DNA of 64,000 nt from Paraspadella gotoi (lineage: Eukaryota > Animalia > Chaetognatha): assembly GCA_051294375.1 (NCBI GenBank), contig CM119264.1, positions 21,733,582-21,797,581 on the forward strand, written 5' to 3'. This document shows positions 26,901-37,921 of the stretch, in pieces. Below the pieces are notes generated by a model. The model was not told the DNA's origin. It worked only from the letters and a program-made list of their open reading frames with translations, and ran no database searches. Position numbers and translations under genes: made by a program. Positions within the stretch are counted from its first letter, which is position 1. Every line of letters starts with the position of its first letter.

Positions 26901-29900
26901 CTCTCACCCAAAGTAGAAATCCTGAATTGCATCAACATATTTAGTTTCGTCGATCCGTCGCTTCCAGGGAAAAAAGATTGGAATCGTGGAATTTCCAATC
27001 CGCCTGGATTTGGTCACGATCAAGAAACGTTATTTGGGTAGTGAGATCGAGGAGATTGTAATATTTAACATTACTTAATACTTAATATTACTTATTATTA
27101 AATATTACTTATTACTAATAAGGTTAAAATTAAGACTTCTTGTTTGTTTTGTTTTTTTCAAACCTGTAGTAAAGTCAACAAGCGTTTCGTTGATTCCATA
27201 CAGATGACGATCAACTATGGAAGCCTAAAAATACAAAGACCTCGTTTTGAACTGATTAATTAATTTATTAATTGATTGATTAATTGATTATGTCAACAGT
27301 CAACACGGCTGCGAGGGGCGTATTCCAGAATGAAAACGGAAGGCGAGAAATCAATGACGTACCTTGGCAAAGAGAGGAACTGCGTCCAAGCGCAAACAAC
27401 CGGCGTCGTAATAAAGATTTTCTTGGCTTCGTCGGCGGAAAGGGTACAGCAAAAATTGTTCTGACTCCACTGTTCAAAATCGAATACGTATGTGAGCTTT
27501 TTTTATTGTTGTTGTTGTAACAGATGCTTCATTAATTTTTCAATATTCAAAAATCATAATGCGATATCACTTACCGCATTCGGTATCACCCGCCCATTTT
27601 GCCATTTCTCGATAATCCTCATCCGTCATAGACTCTAATACCATCAGCTGCGTCATACCGCCTCTGGAAATTGTAAAATTTCCTGTTATGAACCGAAAGT
27701 TAAAACAAAGACAAATTTTAAAACAATATTTCGCCTGAAAGTGAGTGATTGCTCTTCGCCAGGAACTCCCTCGCTGCCCAACTTGATTCGACCCGTGACG
27801 TTTATTCCCGTCCATTCGCTAATTAATTCTGAACAGCGGAATTTGGTAAAAAAAATTTGTTATTCTGCTATTATTATTGACGCTTTACTTAATCCGGGCG
27901 GCCTCAGATCGTCGGCGATTTGGACGCCGTCCATGTAGACGGTCAAAGAGTAGGCGCCGGCGACTCCACTTACAGCCACGTTGTGCCATTTACCAGGAAT
28001 TATCTAAAAATATATGTGTTTAAATTTTTTTTTTCCTATTTAATAATTTAGCCTAAATGGAATGTAAATAAAAAAGGTGCTCAATTAAAATTAAAAAAAC
28101 ACCGCAGTATTTTAGGATGCCTTATTTTTGGTACCTACTTTTGGCAACAATCTTGATTCGATCAAGTTGGCATTGTAGATAACGAGAAGTGGGGCGTCGC
28201 CGGTTGGAGATCCTCCAAAAATATAACAAACCATTTATTTTTAATAAGTAAATTTATAAAAAAGCAAAGTTACCTTTGATAGAGATATAGGGAGCATCGG
28301 TTATGAAGTCAGACCAAGTGAAAACCGAGCCCATAAGTGGACCTTTTTATTTTGATGTTAGTTAAAGTGAGACATTATTTTTTTGACAATTTCTATTTAA
28401 ATTGAGAGCTAACCTTCGGGTTTGAAGAAAATGGAGATAAAAAAGTTTTTGTCTAACTTTTTAAATCCCATACCTTTCAAAAAAAGATAATACATAAGAT
28501 TTTTATTATTATAATTTAATATTATTAATTTTTACTAACCTCCGCTGTCAATTTGGATCCAACCTCTTTCAAAAAATAGAAAGGGGTCGTTTCGCAAACC
28601 TCCATCAGGCTCAAACCAAACTACTGTTTCCCTTTTGTTCGTTGGTAGCCAGCCGGGGCGCGATTCTGGTTGGGCGGTAAAACTGCGAAGGAGAAACAAA
28701 CAAAATTATAAAAATTAAACAAGAAACAAGAAAAGATTTCATTTTTATCATTTTTCTAAGCAGATGACGAACCTGTCCGTGAGAGGACTGTAAATTATTC
28801 CCGGCGTGCTTTCCAGGGTTTCACATCTTTTTTCATTTTTGAAAATCGGCGGTTTAATAGTAGTACAGTCACAACTGTTTTTTGGAACGTTTCAAAATAT
28901 AATAAATATATATAAAACTTAGTAAAATTTTTCCCCGAGAGGACTCGACTAGAGATATATATCTTGACAGACCTGACCCGCACCTGACGTGGGTAGAAGA
29001 GTCCGCTGGATCAAACTGGTCGTCCCGTTTCCAGTCCCGACATGAGGCGCCGAGGAAGCAAGGCGTGGCGCCGCGTGACACGTCAGCGTTGCAACGAGAA
29101 ATCAAAATCTCGCACTTGGCGCCTCGAAAGCCTTATTGCGCAGGCGGAAGTAATAAAGGGGATTTTATAACGAGCGGTGGCGATAAAGAAATTTTATTAA
29201 TCATAAATTGGTTAGAAATTTTCTCGTGAAAAAGATAAATTAGGAGAGTGTTTCTCTTCTTTTGTCTTTCAGTTTTTCGGCTCCTATCCCGCAGTTAATT
29301 ATTAATTATTTACTCTCTCTTACTTTATTTCAATCCTCACCTTCTAAACATGGGCATTGCACGCCTCCTTGTCCATTGACACAGAGACTCCTGTCTCCCC
29401 GTCCAGTTCTCCATCCTGTAGTCGTCGTCGTTGTCGTCGTCGTGGTCATCGCCATCGTCGTCGCCTCGTCGTCGTCGTCGTCGTTCTTTTGCACTCCCAT
29501 CTCTCGCCACCATCGTTCGTCGGGAACAAAGATTTCGGGACAAAATTCGGTGTCGTAACGTGGATCGAGACATTCGTCAATGTCCTCGTCGCACATCTCT
29601 GAATAGATGAATGAATTAATATAATAACGAATGAAAGGACGTATAAATGCATGTATAAATTAATAAATGAATGAATGAAAGAATGAATGAATGAACGAAT
29701 CAATTAGGCAATGAAATGCAACCTGCCTCTCACCTCCCTTAAACCCGTCTCTGCATTTCGTGCATCTAAACCCCATTGCGGCGCTGGAGTCGGGACGGCA
29801 TTCGCCGCCGTTACAGGGAGCGAGCACCGCATCGGCTCTGCCTCCTGCCACGGCGCTGACGGCTCCTGCGGAACAAGGGTCGCGCGCCGATTCACAGCGG

Positions 29901-30473
29901 GAGCCGACGAATCCGGGCGAGCAGACGCATTCGAATTCACCTGCAATATAGGAGTTCACGTTGTTTAAGTCGTTAAGGGGCGTGGTAGCACATTACGACG
30001 AAAATTTACGACCGGAAAAAATATCACCTTCCATTAAAACCTCAACGACGACGACTCATAAAATTGAAAATAGAGTTACCGTGACCGACGGGCAAACAGC
30101 CGCCCCGATTGAAGCATGGATTCGATCGACACACGTCTAAGCGTTCCGTGCACCATCGGCCGACGTCTAGCGATGACTTTCGGTTTGTGAATCCCTCGTC
30201 GCAGGCGCATCTGGTCATAGGAACGGGGTGTGAAGATGAACGAGGTTGTGAGGAATTGACGTCGACTTCGACTTTCCATTACAACGATTAAAACTATTAG
30301 CGTAAATCAAAATTGAAAGTTAACTTTCAGTCGGGTAAAAAAGGAGGACGTAATTTTATTTAAATAACCATTTAACAAAGCAAGTCCGCTTGGGCAAGAT
30401 ACATCGCCTATGAATCGTAGCATAAATTCTTTCTTTCGCTTTTTCCCTCACTCTTTCACTTTCCCTCTGTCAC

Positions 30474-30559
<86 letters not shown>

Positions 30560-33500
30560 GCCAAATTACCATTCAGTATTCAGATACTTACATTGTCCCC
30601 ACTCACAAACGTCGACCATTTTTTAATGCCCGACTACAATTAAGGCGTAGTGAAAGTTACGTACGAAATTCTAAGGTCAATTATGAACAACATACCATAG
30701 GAACATTAATTTGTAAAAAAAATTAATTTTTAGTTTTTAATTTTCGCAGTAGGCTATATTTATATATGTGAATAAGGCGGCTAAGTGGCGCTGAAGATGA
30801 CTATCCGTAACTCTTTAACCGCCCTCTAGCAGCATATGGAACGGGTCCTGCTTGGAACCAGCGCTTGAGGGTTTTCCACGCCCACCAAGGCGGCTTACGG
30901 CCGTCCTCACACTTCACCGCAGGGTAGGGTACCGGGTTGGGATTGAACCCGGGGCGTACTAGTGGTCATGAGCTGATGGCTTTACTCAATGAGCGCACCG
31001 GGTACAGGACTGAAGGTGTCATGCTTAGAGGCGGGTGAACTTTGCTATGCCCGACTACATGCCCCCCAGATTGTAACCCACCCTGCACTGCTTCCAGTGG
31101 AGGGAGGGGAGCAATCTTCAGCACGTCCATGGGCCTGGAATCAGAAGGGTTGGAATACGCTCAACGGATGGGCTCACCAGTGTGGATAAGGCGCTAAGTG
31201 GGGCTGAAGATGATCTATCCGTAACTTCTTTAACCCCCTCTAGCAGTTATGTGAACGGGTCCTGGGCTTGGAACCAGGCTTGAGGGTTTTCCACGCCCCC
31301 AAGGCGGCTTACGGCCGTCCTCGACAACTTCCCGCCAGGGTAGGTACCGGGTTTGGGATTGAACTGCGGTACCTAGTGGTCATGAGCTGATGGCTTTACT
31401 CAATGAGCCTACCGGGTCAGGACTGAAGGTGTCATGCTTAGAGGCGGGGTGATACTTTGCTATGCCCGACTACATATATAGTACTATCCTTATAAAATAG
31501 AAAAATTTTCAAAATAGGCTTTCTTAATTTTGATTGCAGATTTGAATTCCTCGTCAAAAGTTGATAAAAGAAAATATAAATCATTTTTTAAAAATTCTTC
31601 ATTAAGTGGGTTAAAATTACAAAAACTATATTTAATATATAAAAAGTTAATTTTCAGCTTAAAATATAGTTTTTTCTAATTTTTGGCCCACTAATGAAGG
31701 AATTTTTTAAAAAGAGTTATATTTTTTTTTATCTATTTTTTATGACGAATCCAAATCTGCAAAAAAATCTTAAAAAAAACTGTTTTGAAATTTTAACATT
31801 TATTGGATTAGTACTAGTATAAATATGGCCTACTGCGTAAATTGTAAAATTTATTATAAATTTTTTTTATACATAAATGTTCATTAGTATAATGTTGTTC
31901 GTTCCTCACTTTTAGAATTTTAATTAAAGTTAAATTTAGAAATTTTACTACGCCTTACTACATATATATACTTATTCTGTATCTATTCACTATATTGTTA
32001 CGCTTGACAAGTTGCATGTCAAAATTTGTCAATATATACTATAACTTTAACTCTTTTCGACGGAATTAATCGAAAAATTAATAAGAGGGAACGAATTCAA
32101 AACAGTTATACAATATCGACCGAACTATTGATGATAAAAAACATTCACTCCGAGAGATCTTTTTTTTTCATAGAATAATCTATACCAAGCAACGAGACAA
32201 AATCTTCACTCACACACACTCAAGCAGACTCAAGTAAAACTTATATCTGATTCAGTGATTCAGTGATTCAGTGATTTTAAAGTTCCCAAATGTCTCCTTA
32301 CCAAAGTATTTTTTTTTTCTTGCCTCGACCTTTCCCTTTTCCAAAAAAAAAAAAAACCCCAAAATGCATACATTACGTATTCCTTGTTTTAGTTCGCCTC
32401 CGCTCGGCTTCCGCTCCGCCGGAAACAAGAAATATGTGGGCGGTATAATCATTGGGCGGAAACTCAAAACGGGTATTGGATACGGGTGTATCAGAATCTA
32501 GAGGAGGGGGAGTGGGTTGCGTAACTCAACGCGGCCATAATGCGTTATGAGATTTCGCTTCTGGCGACAGGTGGTTTTGGTTAGCTGCTGAAATAAAACC
32601 TCTTTCGAATGAATTTGGCCAATTTTCCAGCAAATCTAATTTCTAAAAGTATCATCTGATTAAACGAATAATTTTAGATCACCGTTGATGATATCAAATT
32701 AGTATAGAGTTATTAGTTATTAGTTATTAGTTATTAGACCGAATTTCCAGCGACGCTTTTTTCTCCAAATGTCAAAGCGACAAAAGTGAAGATGACCTCG
32801 AGTTTCGACTGACCGATGGAATCCTTCGTAGATGTCGTCGTCGAGACAGAATCCATTTCCCGCGCATTTGTCTTCGTCCCTCGCGTCTCGACATTCGCCG
32901 AGTCGAAGGTCGCACTCAAGGCCTCCCCAGTCTGAAAAGGGGGGGGTAAACTTCCTTAATTTAACATTTTAATAATAAAACGTTCATTTTTATCGTGTTT
33001 TTCGTTCAGCAGTGCAATTTTGTTCAATGGATGCAGAAATAAGAAGTTAAAAGAAGAACAATGATGTGTTTTTGAGGATGACATAATGACAGGATGACAT
33101 ATCCAGACATTCCTTTAAAAAGCAATTATTATTTTATTTAAATAATTAATAAAAGCGTCCTCGATCATAACGAGTGACGCTTTTACTAATCCCCACGATC
33201 CCTCTCTCTGCGTTCTTCCTCTTATCGACTTCCGCTTCTCTCTGTTTGAGCCTTTTCGATTCGCGCTTATGTATTAATCAATAACAAAGGATTCCCACGT
33301 CAATCAAAAATAATGACCCCCTTTTTTCTACCACTCAACCTCCCTACCCCATCGCAGCCTTCTTAGAACCTTAACCATGCTCACGTTTTTCCTCCTAGTA
33401 GCATCTCCTTACCCTCCTGACACAGACACTTGAATCCAGACAAGGTCTTGGTGTCCATCAGGTTGACGGGGACGACTTGACAATCGCTTCCAGGAACGAC

Positions 33501-36500
33501 GCCCCAAGCGCGTGTCGAGTCGCCTGTCGACGAAGCCGCAAGGTTAGAGTAGACGCATTTCTGGTGGAAAAAAGACATTGCACTGGATTTGGAGTTGTTC
33601 ATTATAAAAGAAATACAAATTAAGTTGTCACTTCTGGGAAATCAAGGATTCAGGACTAAGTACTTAGTAATAAGTAACAAGTAACACAAAAGTGAAGGAA
33701 AAAAATCTAAAATTTAAACGAGGCGATCAACAGTAAATAGACGCTGGTTCGGCGAAAAACAAAAAAGCGAAGAAAACAACTTCCGCGTCGCAAAATTTGC
33801 TCCTCGTTTGAAAAAAGAAAACACTTTTTTTCTGGGGCTGAACAAGAGAACAGAGAGACCAAACAAAATGACAAGTTTCTTCTCCGTTAAAGTTTGGGAG
33901 AGAGGCGATGGTAAAAAACAGAGCCTAGGAAAGAATTATTCGGAAGGAAAGCGAGGATGCAGAGAAAAATAATCGTCTTTATTAATAATAAATAAAAGAT
34001 CTTTATTCATGTTAAACAAGGGAGAAATGAAAAACGCTCGCGTTGTAAACCAACCGATTTTTTTGTTCTTTGGTTTTTTTTATCATAAAATATTTAAAAA
34101 ACCTTTTGTCCCATGAAGTTAGAAGGATATCGTGGGCAAGGTTCGATGATCTTCTCGCACCGCGGACCAGCGGTTCCATAGTGACACTCGCATCGGAAAC
34201 CCGCAGTTTCTGCGCCTCCAAAAAACTGAAAGGATTCAAAATTAAAGATGCAAAATAAAATATTTTTTAACAGCATTTTATACCTACATTATTTTTTACA
34301 TGAGAGATTTGAATTATTCTCTTCACTAAAAGTAAAACCCGGACAAGGCATTATCAATAAATACTCCACCCGGATGCTACCGATTGAAATGGAAACGATT
34401 CCAAAAACGATGGATATCATGAAATGCGTTTAGCTCACCAGATTGACGCAAGTGCCTCCGTTTCTGCAAGGATTTGTTGACTGGCACTCGTCGATGTCAT
34501 ATTCGCACAACTTCAAAGAGAGGAAAAAAGAGGGAGAGGGATCGGGAGAGAGAGAGAAAGATTGATTCAGGAGTAAGTGAACGATTTCGCGTTTGTTTAC
34601 TTGCTAGTTTGTTGGCTGAAAGGCTCTCGGTCCCATCAAGCGTTATCAGCCTCTTTCCATTCTCTCCCTTCTCTCGACTTATGTCAGTGACATCTCTTTC
34701 CCGTGTTGCGAGAATGACTTTCTTTCTCTCTCTCTCTTTCTCTCTCTCTATCTCTCTCTCCATCCTTTCCTCCTACAGATCTGGTCAAATAAAAAGTTTC
34801 AACTTTGAACTCCCTATTTTCTCGTTTTTCTGTCGTCCTATTAATTAAAACTTGGGCTTATTTGAAAGCGAAGACAAATATCCCATGACAAATAGCCCAT
34901 GACGCGGTTTTTAGGCTTAATATTATAAAAGCTGTACTGAAATTTAAAAAATTCAAAATTTTATCTTACAATTTATTTTTTTTATTTATTTTTTATTTTA
35001 TTTTCTTTATTTTTTTTTTACCATGAAAACTTAAAAACAGCTAAACCCCAAAAAGAAAGCTGTAATTGTTAAGCTTTGGAAGGTGGGTTTGTCAAAATAT
35101 AAGATCGTAAATAATTTTATTCTTTTCCTACCACCATGATGGTGGTGACCATCTGCAGAGTTTTCAACAAATTTGAAGCAACTGGAAACCTGGAGCTCCT
35201 GGATACAAAACCAAAGCCTCCAAAAATGCTATAAGATGCTATAAGCAAATGGTGGTCCTAAAATTTATTAAATAAATGAGTTCTAAAAAGTATTAACCAT
35301 TAAACTTTTTTTCGACCAGATCTGTAGACCTTTTCTGCAGATTTCCATGTGCATTTCTCTCTTTTCTACCTTGGTCTTCAATCTTTCTACGAATTCGTTT
35401 CCAATCAGGATCATTTCTTTCTCTCTCTCTCTGTCTCTCTCTCTGTCTCTCTCTCTCTCTCTTTCTTTTTCGCACCTTGCCCGTCCACCATCGATTACAA
35501 ATGCATTGGAATCTCGCCGGTCCGATTGAAACGCAAATACCTCCGTTCCGACACGGGCCTGTGAGACGAGAAAGGGAGCTGGAAGCGATGAAGCCGGAAA
35601 ACAATAGAGAAAAGAAAAAACTCTAAAAAATTGGTGCCATTCGTGAACCGGATCGCGAAGTTCCTTGTTCACATTCACAATAATTCAGGTTTCATGTTTA
35701 AAAAAAGATTAGTAGTGTATCATTTATTTTAACATTTATTTTATGTCGACAAATAAATTGTTAATAACATCGAAGATGGAATTGTAGCAGATAAATTTGT
35801 GAATTATCTGAAATGAGATTGTGTTCCTCAATATCATTTGCATATTTTCGTATTCTGATTAAGCTTTGATAAATTTTTGTTCTATTGCCTTAAAGGTTTA
35901 ATATTAATATTTTACATTAGTAAATGATCATGTTTATTATTGGTTCAATTAATAGCTAAATAATTAATGATTTAATTATCATCATTGATAGTTTACTACT
36001 TTAATTATTCTTGTGATTCCAGCTGACCTTTCTATGTTTAGTAAGAAAAATATATTCTCAGAGAATTATCCCTAAGTCAGCGAGGATTACAATGGTCGGT
36101 TTGAATCGCTATGCCCTTGCTAGCTCAACACTTAGGTTTAGCACTCATTAAGATAATAACATGTAATTGCTATCTTTTCATAGGTCTACACTTGAATACA
36201 TTGCAAGCCTTACAGTCTAGTTCATTAGTCCTACCAAGAAGCCAGTCAAGTTGCCTTCAAACCATTAAGTAAGTCACTAATTAATTATCCACTGATGTCA
36301 TGTATAATCTCTGTTAGAGAATCAGAAACAGAATCAGATCCGCGACAGGGATGAAATTAACCAAGGACTCGCTCAATGGATGAATCACCATCGGAACGGG
36401 CCAATGAGAAGAGGGGCTCATGCCATCGGGAAAATGAACCCATGTCGATGATCCGATTGACATGTATTAATACTGACCATTTTTGTATTGATTCCATCTG

Positions 36501-37921
36501 TCTCAAATTCTCACACCGTCTTGCTTATCTTCTATCTGAGAATAAAATCCACTTTGGTTTCATGTTGAAAAATAAATCAATAAATATATATAAAATATAG
36601 CAAAAACGTTTAGTGCGATGAGAGAACTCGCCACCTGGTTTCTCTTGGCATCTGTCGACGGAACGGGTGCAAAAGCCACCGTCTTCTAGTGGTGTCGGCG
36701 ATTTCCGGAATCCCGGGTGACAGATGCAGACAAAGTCGCGTCCCTCAGTCATCGTTTGCAGCCGGTCCTTTATAGATTAAAAAAAAAAAACCCATCGAGA
36801 TCTTTAACAATGAATGATTTAATAGTTGTAATAAAAAAGCAACGGGGTCGAAGCGACTTCAAGTGATTCATCCCATCCTTATTTCACCCACAAAGGAAAA
36901 AGACGTCGTTGACCGACAAAAGAAGAGAGAAAAATGCGATTCCATCTTTTCAGAGAACTGAGAAGACTTTTTTTTGGTTCCACCGATCGCCGGGGATGGT
37001 GCCATTAAGTGGTGGTAACGATTGCCAACTGCTCATGGCTTCCAAAGAGGCAAAGGTGGTTGTTTGCCAAACGCCCTTGCAGTCGGTAGGGACCATGTGG
37101 TAAAAAGTCTTCCAAGAACTTTTTTTTTTATCTTTCGTTATCGGTTTTCGACAGACGGAATGCGAGTGTTGACCTCAAAGGCGCGAACCGGATGGACGAG
37201 CGGTAGAATAGACTCGAAAATCTGTCTAGAGCATGGCATGGAAAAGAAAGGAAGAAAAGGAAAATGGTTTCAAAAACGAAAAAAAAGAAATAAAAGAGGG
37301 AGAACATTGAATATGAAAAACAAGCTGCTGCAATCCCAAGGGGTTGCGCACAATATATTTTCTTTTTAAATGTTTATATTTTTAATTAATAAGATTATAA
37401 TAATGTATTATTTATTTATATAGCATTATCTAATATAATTTAATAATATAAGAGTTAAATTATTATTATTATTATTATATTTAATTATATTTTTACCAGA
37501 TTATATTATTATAAAAATCTGAAATATATATAATAATTATATATTATTAAATACCAATTTTAAAAAATTATATAAATTAATATTGAATATATTTTACTAT
37601 TTAAATTTAATATTTAAAAATATAATAAAAAATATATATAGACCAACCAAAAAATAACTTATAGAGTTTTCTCCGATACTACTCGCAACGCAACTAAAAA
37701 ACCTCTGTTCCGATTGCGAAGAGATAACAGTCTCCATTGACGCAGTTGTTGGTGACGTAGCTTTGACAACTAAAGGGATTCACGGCAGACGCAAGAGCCG
37801 ACGCCACTGCGACAAAAACAAATCATTTATGATGTATATGTATACAATTTCTAAATTTCTCTCTTTAACTGTAAAAACCTGTCAGAGCTCCCAATACGAA
37901 TGCGCAGAAGAGCATCGTCAT
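19187..37921 (-). CDS. Secreted EGF-LamG/pentraxin-Sushi mosaic extracellular protein (SVEP1-C-half/fibropellin-like), ~50 exons
   Basis: Exon 1 (37879-37921) plus exon 2 give the signal peptide MTMLFCAFVLGALTVASALASA. About 9 EGF repeats follow (e.g. DIDECQSTNPCRNGGTCVN, CVCSPGFVGSRC; ~28970-37806). Next come a LamG/pentraxin-like domain (GKWHNVAV..LTVYMDG..FRGGMTQLMV; 27575-28680), a second LamG-like stretch (25230-27460) and a Cys-rich region (24000-25070). These are followed by ~5 Sushi/CCP (e.g. VRCREGYFF..RIKCD..W..P.PDC; 20890-23873), 2 EGF (20300-20890) and a last exon 19187-19368 ending MDILPVV*. There is no TM segment. One apparent indel lies near 20540, and two exons near 37000-37222 are tentative. 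Confidence 0.85.
19598..19736. repeat. Foldback hairpin (~45-bp arms, (TAT)n loop) inside the Helentron-like element
   Basis: AGAAAGGTTTATTGTTTTGCCAATACAACGATTTTTATTATTA ... TAATAATAAAAATCGTTGTATTGGCAAAACAATCAACCTTTCT. Absent from the other two copies of the host element. Confidence 0.85.
19906..19915. other. Assembly gap (other gaps at 51134-51233 and 61510-61519)
   Basis: N runs. Sequence flanking the gaps is duplicated. Confidence 0.99.
24781..24872. repeat. (GAGAA)n pentanucleotide microsatellite
   Basis: About 18 perfect units in an intron. Confidence 0.97.
30767..31474 (-). mobile_element. TRIM (miniature non-autonomous LTR retrotransposon) with tRNA-derived cassette in LTRs
   Basis: Two ~293-bp direct repeats (30767-31059, 31181-31474) with TGT...ACA termini and a 4-bp TSD (TATA). 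The 121-bp internal region carries, on the minus strand, a PBS-like TGGTGAGCCCATCCG one base after the 5' LTR and a short PPT-like GGGGGG before the 3' LTR. Confidence 0.88.
30930..31003 (-). promoter_or_regulatory. tRNA-derived Pol III type-2 promoter within LTR (also 31345-31418 and ~61756-61819)
   Basis: Minus strand reads ACCCGG-TG(C)GCTCATTGAG (A box, D-arm GCTC..AAGC) ... GCTCATGA ... GGGTTCAATCCC (B box) AACCCGGTA. The acceptor and anticodon stems are imperfect, so it is not a functional tRNA. Confidence 0.7.
35127..35234 (+). pseudogene. Tc1/mariner transposase HTH fragment
   Basis: Translates PTTMMVVTICRVFNKFEATGNL, matching the 'P..TI.r...KF..TGsv' motif of mariner-like DNA-binding domains. 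Confidence 0.45.

Larger units (their letters stand above)
30641..31957. mobile_element. MITE family A (TAAGGCGTAGT TIRs), interrupted by a TRIM
   Basis: TIRs TAAGGCGTAGTGAAA ... TTTTACTACGCCTTA with an internally inverted AT-rich body. An uninterrupted relative lies at 50599-51090. Confidence 0.8.

Noticed and set aside
27010-27062. CUB-like LQSPRSHYPNNVS*S* with TGA at C/W positions (possible stop recoding)
   Set aside because: It lies upstream of a good phase-matching CAG acceptor at 27004, so it is intronic. TGA is used as a normal stop and TGG as Trp in the window's genes.
30930-31003. Functional tRNA-Met(CAT) gene
   Set aside because: The acceptor and anticodon stems do not pair properly, and the sequence is embedded in a repeated LTR.
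30767-31474. Hammerhead ribozyme (CTGAAGA/CTGATGA words) or simple tandem SINE dimer
   Set aside because: No stem II followed by GAAA after any CUGANGA on either strand. TG..CA ends, TSDs, PBS and a solo LTR fit an LTR element better.
29700-37806. Notch/Crumbs/Delta assignment for the EGF exons
   Set aside because: No LNR, DSL, ankyrin or transmembrane segment. Sushi domains follow, and the protein ends without a TM.
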